64,000 nucleotides of DNA, from positions 372,001 to 436,000 of the forward strand of contig NEEC01000017.1 in the NCBI GenBank assembly GCA_002189035.1, written 5' to 3'. This document shows positions 59,431 to 64,000 of this stretch, in pieces; position 1 is the stretch's first letter; each line of letters begins with the position of its first letter. The position numbers and the translations under genes were made by a program. Source of the stretch: Utricularia gibba. Taxonomy: Eukaryota; Plantae; Magnoliophyta. The notes beneath the pieces are model-generated. The model searched no databases, was not told where the DNA came from, and saw only the letters and a program-made list of their open reading frames with translations.

Positions 59431-61102
59431 TGGTTGGATCGGCTCCCTCTATAAATATGAGAAAGTTTGAATGAGAAGGGGTTGAAATATAGACATTTTT
59501 ACCTTGAATTATTTATTCCTCCTCCACTATTGAAACCCCCGTTTTCAGCAAGATCCGATAGTTCCATGGTTTTTTCATCTACAAACAGTTTACACATTAA
59601 AATCCTTCTCTTTTTATTTCTGTAAAGATATTGCAACCTTAAAACCCCGGAAACATGCAAACCGGATGCGAGTAAATCAGTTCGATTACCCGAAGATCGG
59701 TGATAAACAAAAATTTCTAATGTCGTTGCAAAAATGGAAATTTCGTATCAAATAAATTTATAAGCTCTAATCTACACAAAATACAAATTTAGAAAACTTG
59801 TATAGTGGATGTCGAGGTCAATCACAAAGAGCTTTTACTAGCTAAGTGTTTTAGTAAATGCATAATTCGGAATAACAGTAGATCTTAGTCTAAGCTCGAA
59901 CTAACAATGGCAAGTAAGTTCAGTAAATAGAATCAAGTTTCAATGCGAAAGGTAATAAATACTAGTTTTAACTCAAAATAGTACGAAGATGCCTTAAGGG
60001 TCTATAGGTGATAGGTGCCAAAATCTCTAATTTAATCTATCATGTTCCTACACTCACAACTTCAAATAACCTAAGTCTATCCAGGTCATTCATCATATTT
60101 TCAGCTAAGCTAGTCCTTCATATCATCACCAACACTACAATTAGGTCTACCCGCATACAAGTATATATAACTAGGTCTACCCAATTCTAGTGGTTCTACC
60201 CCAGACTAACACCTACTGCTCTCGTTTTGATTTGTTGGTCTACCTCTAAATTAAAAATCTCAGTTGTGAAACTACTTGTTTCTTTCCTTGAATCTACCTA
60301 TGGATTGATAGAAACAAGAGTTAAGAAACAATGAAGAATTTTATTAAGAATCCTAAATCGACACCACTATACTTTACTTTAAAACATCCCTAGGGTTCTA
60401 GCTACTCATATTTTGAAGGTAAAACATGATAACATTAATATAAAACAACAAAAATGTCAAGAATATCTTGAAAGAGTTGGGTGCAGAAACTGAAAACATC
60501 AATAAACGAAAATAAAGTATTAAGAGTTCTGGTTTCCGTCTGCTACTGTTCCCAAGCCAGAATAGTAGCGTTGGACTGAGCTTTGATGGTGTTCTTGAGG
60601 ATGAAGTTATTCTTCTCCTCTCCTGGTCGGTGTTCTTCGTGTTGGGGGAGAAGCCCCCTCGTGCACTCCCTGTTCGCTGCGCGTTCTCCATTTTTTGAAA
60701 AATATCTCCCCTCCTTTACTCCATTGCACTGTTCGTAACACCAACACTGTTCCTAGCCTGAACTTGCAAACTGTGAACGGCAGAACAGTGCATTATATCT
60801 CCTCTTTTAATGCTGTTCATTCTTTCAAATCTCTGCATGCACGAAATTCATGTCTCCTCCCTGATTTTAGAATTTTGTTGCTGGACTAGAAAAAATGTTA
60901 ATAACATGGGATGGGCTAAATCCTGCTTTAGCCCATTAACATATCAAATCATATTATGTCCTAAAATTTGGTAAAAATAGTAAAAACTATAAGATAAACA
61001 ATTAAAACATGATTTAAAAGCATAATTTTCTTATTCTAATAATATAAAAATTCGTGTATTATCAATCGGTCACCTCTCACAAGCCGGTTTTCGACTACAA
61101 CA
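59431..61102 (+). mobile_element. 3' part of an unrelated LTR-like sequence (59431-59700 plus 61070-61102) split by the family-A solo LTR
   Basis: CCCTCTATAAATA TATA-like signal. The sequence continues across the ATCGG TSD and ends CCGGTTTTCGACTACAACA. Confidence 0.35.
59701..61064 (-). mobile_element. Solo LTR, family A (1364 bp)
   Basis: TGATAA...TTATCA termini with a perfect TSD, ATCGG (59696-59700 and 61065-61069). Confidence 0.92.
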
Positions 61103-61426
61103 GTATATATTATTAAATTTATTTAATAAAATCACTTCTTAGAAAATAATTGTATATGAAGAGGTATTAATTCATGCTTATCATAAAATTTAAGTGATTT
61201 TTAAAAATCAATTCTTATAGAAAATAATCATATGCATATTTTAAAGTTAAAATCAATTTGTATGAATATAAATGATTTTAATAGAATAGAATTGATTTCC
61301 AAATGATGTCAAATTCAAAAGAATAATAATTTTTCGTTTTTTATAAAATACAATTTTTATTCTATTAGAATATAATTTTTGAAAAGTAGAAAGGTTTAAA
61401 GTTGCGAGCTAGTCTTTTCACACTTA

Positions 61427-62328
61427 GGGCGCGTTTGGTTGCTGGGTTTAGGTGGATTGTGGTGTTGATAAACGAAAAATATATGCAACGTCGTTAATAT
61501 TGCAAATCTTCCTATCAAATAAATTTATAACCTAATATACATTAAAACATAATACAATTATTAGCATAGTGATTAGGGTCGAATACGAAGAACAGGTGCT
61601 TGTCATGTGATTAGTCAAAGTATGAAATTAGTGTCACGTTGGTAAATTTGGTCTTAACTAAGACTAAACCAAGACTCAGTGCTTCCAATTTTACCTTCAC
61701 GTAAACCACATTTGAACGTAGATCTACAAACCAGACATTGTTCGTGATTTTCCGGCAGCGTCACGTGTTCTTTGGGCGCAAAAAGGTGGGTCTTCTGGTA
61801 AGTGTGCTTTCTTTTCTTGGTGGGTTGGTCGACGGTAGCACCGTATAGTGGGTTGATCCACGACAGTATCGCATAGTGAGTTTTTATCTGTGATTTTCCA
61901 ATTTCAGAATCCGTGGTGCTATGTGTGTGGATTTATTTTGCTCAATTTTTGCTACTGTTGAGGAGACATGGATTTTTTTATGGAAGGTCATGTCATCTTG
62001 AGTACGGCCGCAGCAGTATTAACCGAATACTCGATGCAGATGAATGTGTTAATATACTTATATTGTAAAAATAAGTCGGTGGTCGAAGGGGAAAACACAT
62101 GGTAATAAAAATGAGTAGTTATTGTTGGTGAAGTCTATATTGATAAATTCATATGAAAATTATTTATAAACCTAATTTTATACCTACGTACCAAATGTAT
62201 ATTCATCTTAAATCCAAATAATCTAAGTCATCAACCAAACAAGAATTATATCCTTTAAACCCATTAAATCGAGTTATTTAAATCTAAATAAACTAAATCT
62301 AGGTTTAGGCCAGCAACGAAACGCACCT
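61427..62328. mobile_element. Tourist/PIF-Harbinger-like TIR element (composite) containing a ~200-bp family-B LTR end (61466-~61670)
   Basis: TTA-GGGCGCGTTTGGTTGCTGG ... CCAGCAACGAAACGCACCT-TTA. The right arm is homologous to 29204-29466. Confidence 0.55.
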
Positions 62329-62615
62329 TTAGAAGATTGATAGAGCTTGAAAAACTCATTTTCAGTACTCATGGGGCTTGTTCTGTAATTTGAAGTTGTA
62401 CTTTAGATTATATAGAATATAATCAGTTTTAAAATTATATAAATAAGGTCAATTTTGCATGGTCTTTACTCCATGCAAGCAAATTATTGCAGTTCAACGG
62501 GTGATACAGGTGGTGCCGACAACAGCCCAGAATAGTGACAGAAAATGGGAGAGAGGATTGTTGTCTGAGCGCCACGAAACTAGCGAAAACTATTTGCGAA
62601 CAAAGCCAAGCAAGA

Positions 62616-64000
62616 TCAATCGAAGGTGATTTTCTCCATCTTGGCATTCCACTTGTCCACACGATCCCGAGCGTTGTCCACCTACACATACAAAGCATGC
62701 AACCAACCAGTTTGTAATATCTTGATTAGTATGCCTTAGTGCACATAACATTCCTGGAGTACCTCCTTGAACCAGTTGGTCTTCGCGGTGATCCATATCA
62801 GGATCAGGGTCTGCATCAGAGTCCCTCCCAGCATTCCCGTCCAGATTCCCTTCATAAGATTAAGTGAAATATTATGGCACTTTCCTACTAAACCCTAAAG
62901 CTTGTCCCAATTACCCTTGCGCCGAGATTGAATCGGAATCCGAGGACTGCGCCCACCGGAATTCCAACAACGTAGTAGCAGCCGACGTTAACGTAGGCCA
63001 CCAACGCTTGCCATCCGCATCCCACGGCCATGCCTGTCCCATCATCCACCAACCCATCGGTAATGCGAATTCCGACGCGCACAAAATAAATATAAGCTCT
63101 AAGGTTTACCGGTTAAGACGGGTTGGATCCCGTTGAGCAAAATCGAGACGGCAAGGAGCGGTACGAGCTCCGCGGTGGCGTCGGAAACCGCCTTTCCTGC
63201 GGTGAAGGCATAGCTCATCTGATTCTGGAAGACGATGACGAGTACAGCAAACACGATCGACACGAGGAAAGAAGCTCCTGTGGCCACCACCACGCTGAAG
63301 GCGGCGGATTTGGGGTGACCGGCGCCCAGCTCGTTGCTTACCCTCACACTGAATAATAATGAATAAATCATATCAGTGTAGTAGATGATGTATGAATCTG
63401 AAACCGGAGAAGGATACTTACCTCACGGCGGCATTGAATCCAACGGACACAAAGAACACCCAGCCAAGAATCGTGGTGCTGAAATCCGAATCGCCAACCC
63501 TGTTAGCATCTCTTCGTCGCTATTCTATATGCCATATTTTTCATGCATTCAACAGTGCAGAGCATGATTTTGAACTTTTTTTTGACACCAAACAACCAAC
63601 CAAGCTCCCCTGCTCATCATTACCAAATAGTGTGTGTGTCCGATGTGCGTGTGACATGTTGAAAAAGATGACTCCCAGGAACAATGAACACATGCAACAT
63701 GATTTCAGAGAGTGTGTGCCAACTTCAGTAAATAACATAATGGCTGTCACGTTGGAGATAGACTGGTCACTCCACAGTCCACGTGCAGGCATTTAAGGGA
63801 ATTTGCTGGGTCAATAGTTTCAAAATGGGAATTGCATTAAAATATTTTAGCTAAGATTGCAGATGCCAACCAGAAAGAGTCTTAGCGAATAATTATAGCG
63901 TAGGACGAGGGGGGGAGGTTTAAGAGGGGGAAAAAGGAAGTTACCAGATGGCGAGGGCGTCGAGTTGGATCTCGGGATCGGGAAGTAAGCCGGCGATGAG
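62616..64000 (-). CDS. DTX: MATE/DTX efflux transporter, 3' exons (gene runs off window end)
   Basis: Exons >64000-63945 ([19 protein letters not shown]), 63478-63422, 63348-63110 ([18 protein letters not shown]...[10 protein letters not shown]), 63033-62915 ([24 protein letters not shown]), 62849-62763 (GIWTGMLGG), 62681-62616 (stop). All junctions are GT-AG and in frame. Confidence 0.93.

Overview
Plant (angiosperm) nuclear DNA. It holds a GC-richer gene island with short introns between AT-rich, retrotransposon-dense blocks. Genes: three 3-exon class III peroxidases (one lacks exon 1); a plant cysteine oxidase convergent with a DUF688 gene; an ALOG/LSH transcription factor with an unusual in-frame 81-bp intron; an intact 10-exon plant-type PEP carboxylase; a 10-exon ketol-acid reductoisomerase (KARI); and the 3' end of a MATE/DTX transporter. 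Mobile DNA: about eleven Athila-type (Ty3/gypsy) LTR copies in three families (seven are solo LTRs with exact or 4/5 5-bp TSDs, one nested inside another LTR); a truncated Athila gag; four Ty1/copia remnants; a MULE transposase relic; and Tourist-like TIR elements. Five single-base deletions, all in G/C homopolymers, break the three peroxidases and KARI. These are probably assembly errors rather than real pseudogenisation. The most notable unexplained signals are the ALOG intron flanked by an AGGTAC direct repeat and a CTAAAT-loop-ATTTAG hairpin held about 141 bp from the 5' end of divergent LTR families, whose loop occurs in both orientations. All calls were made by eye from the sequence and ORF track; no database searches were run and the species was not identified.
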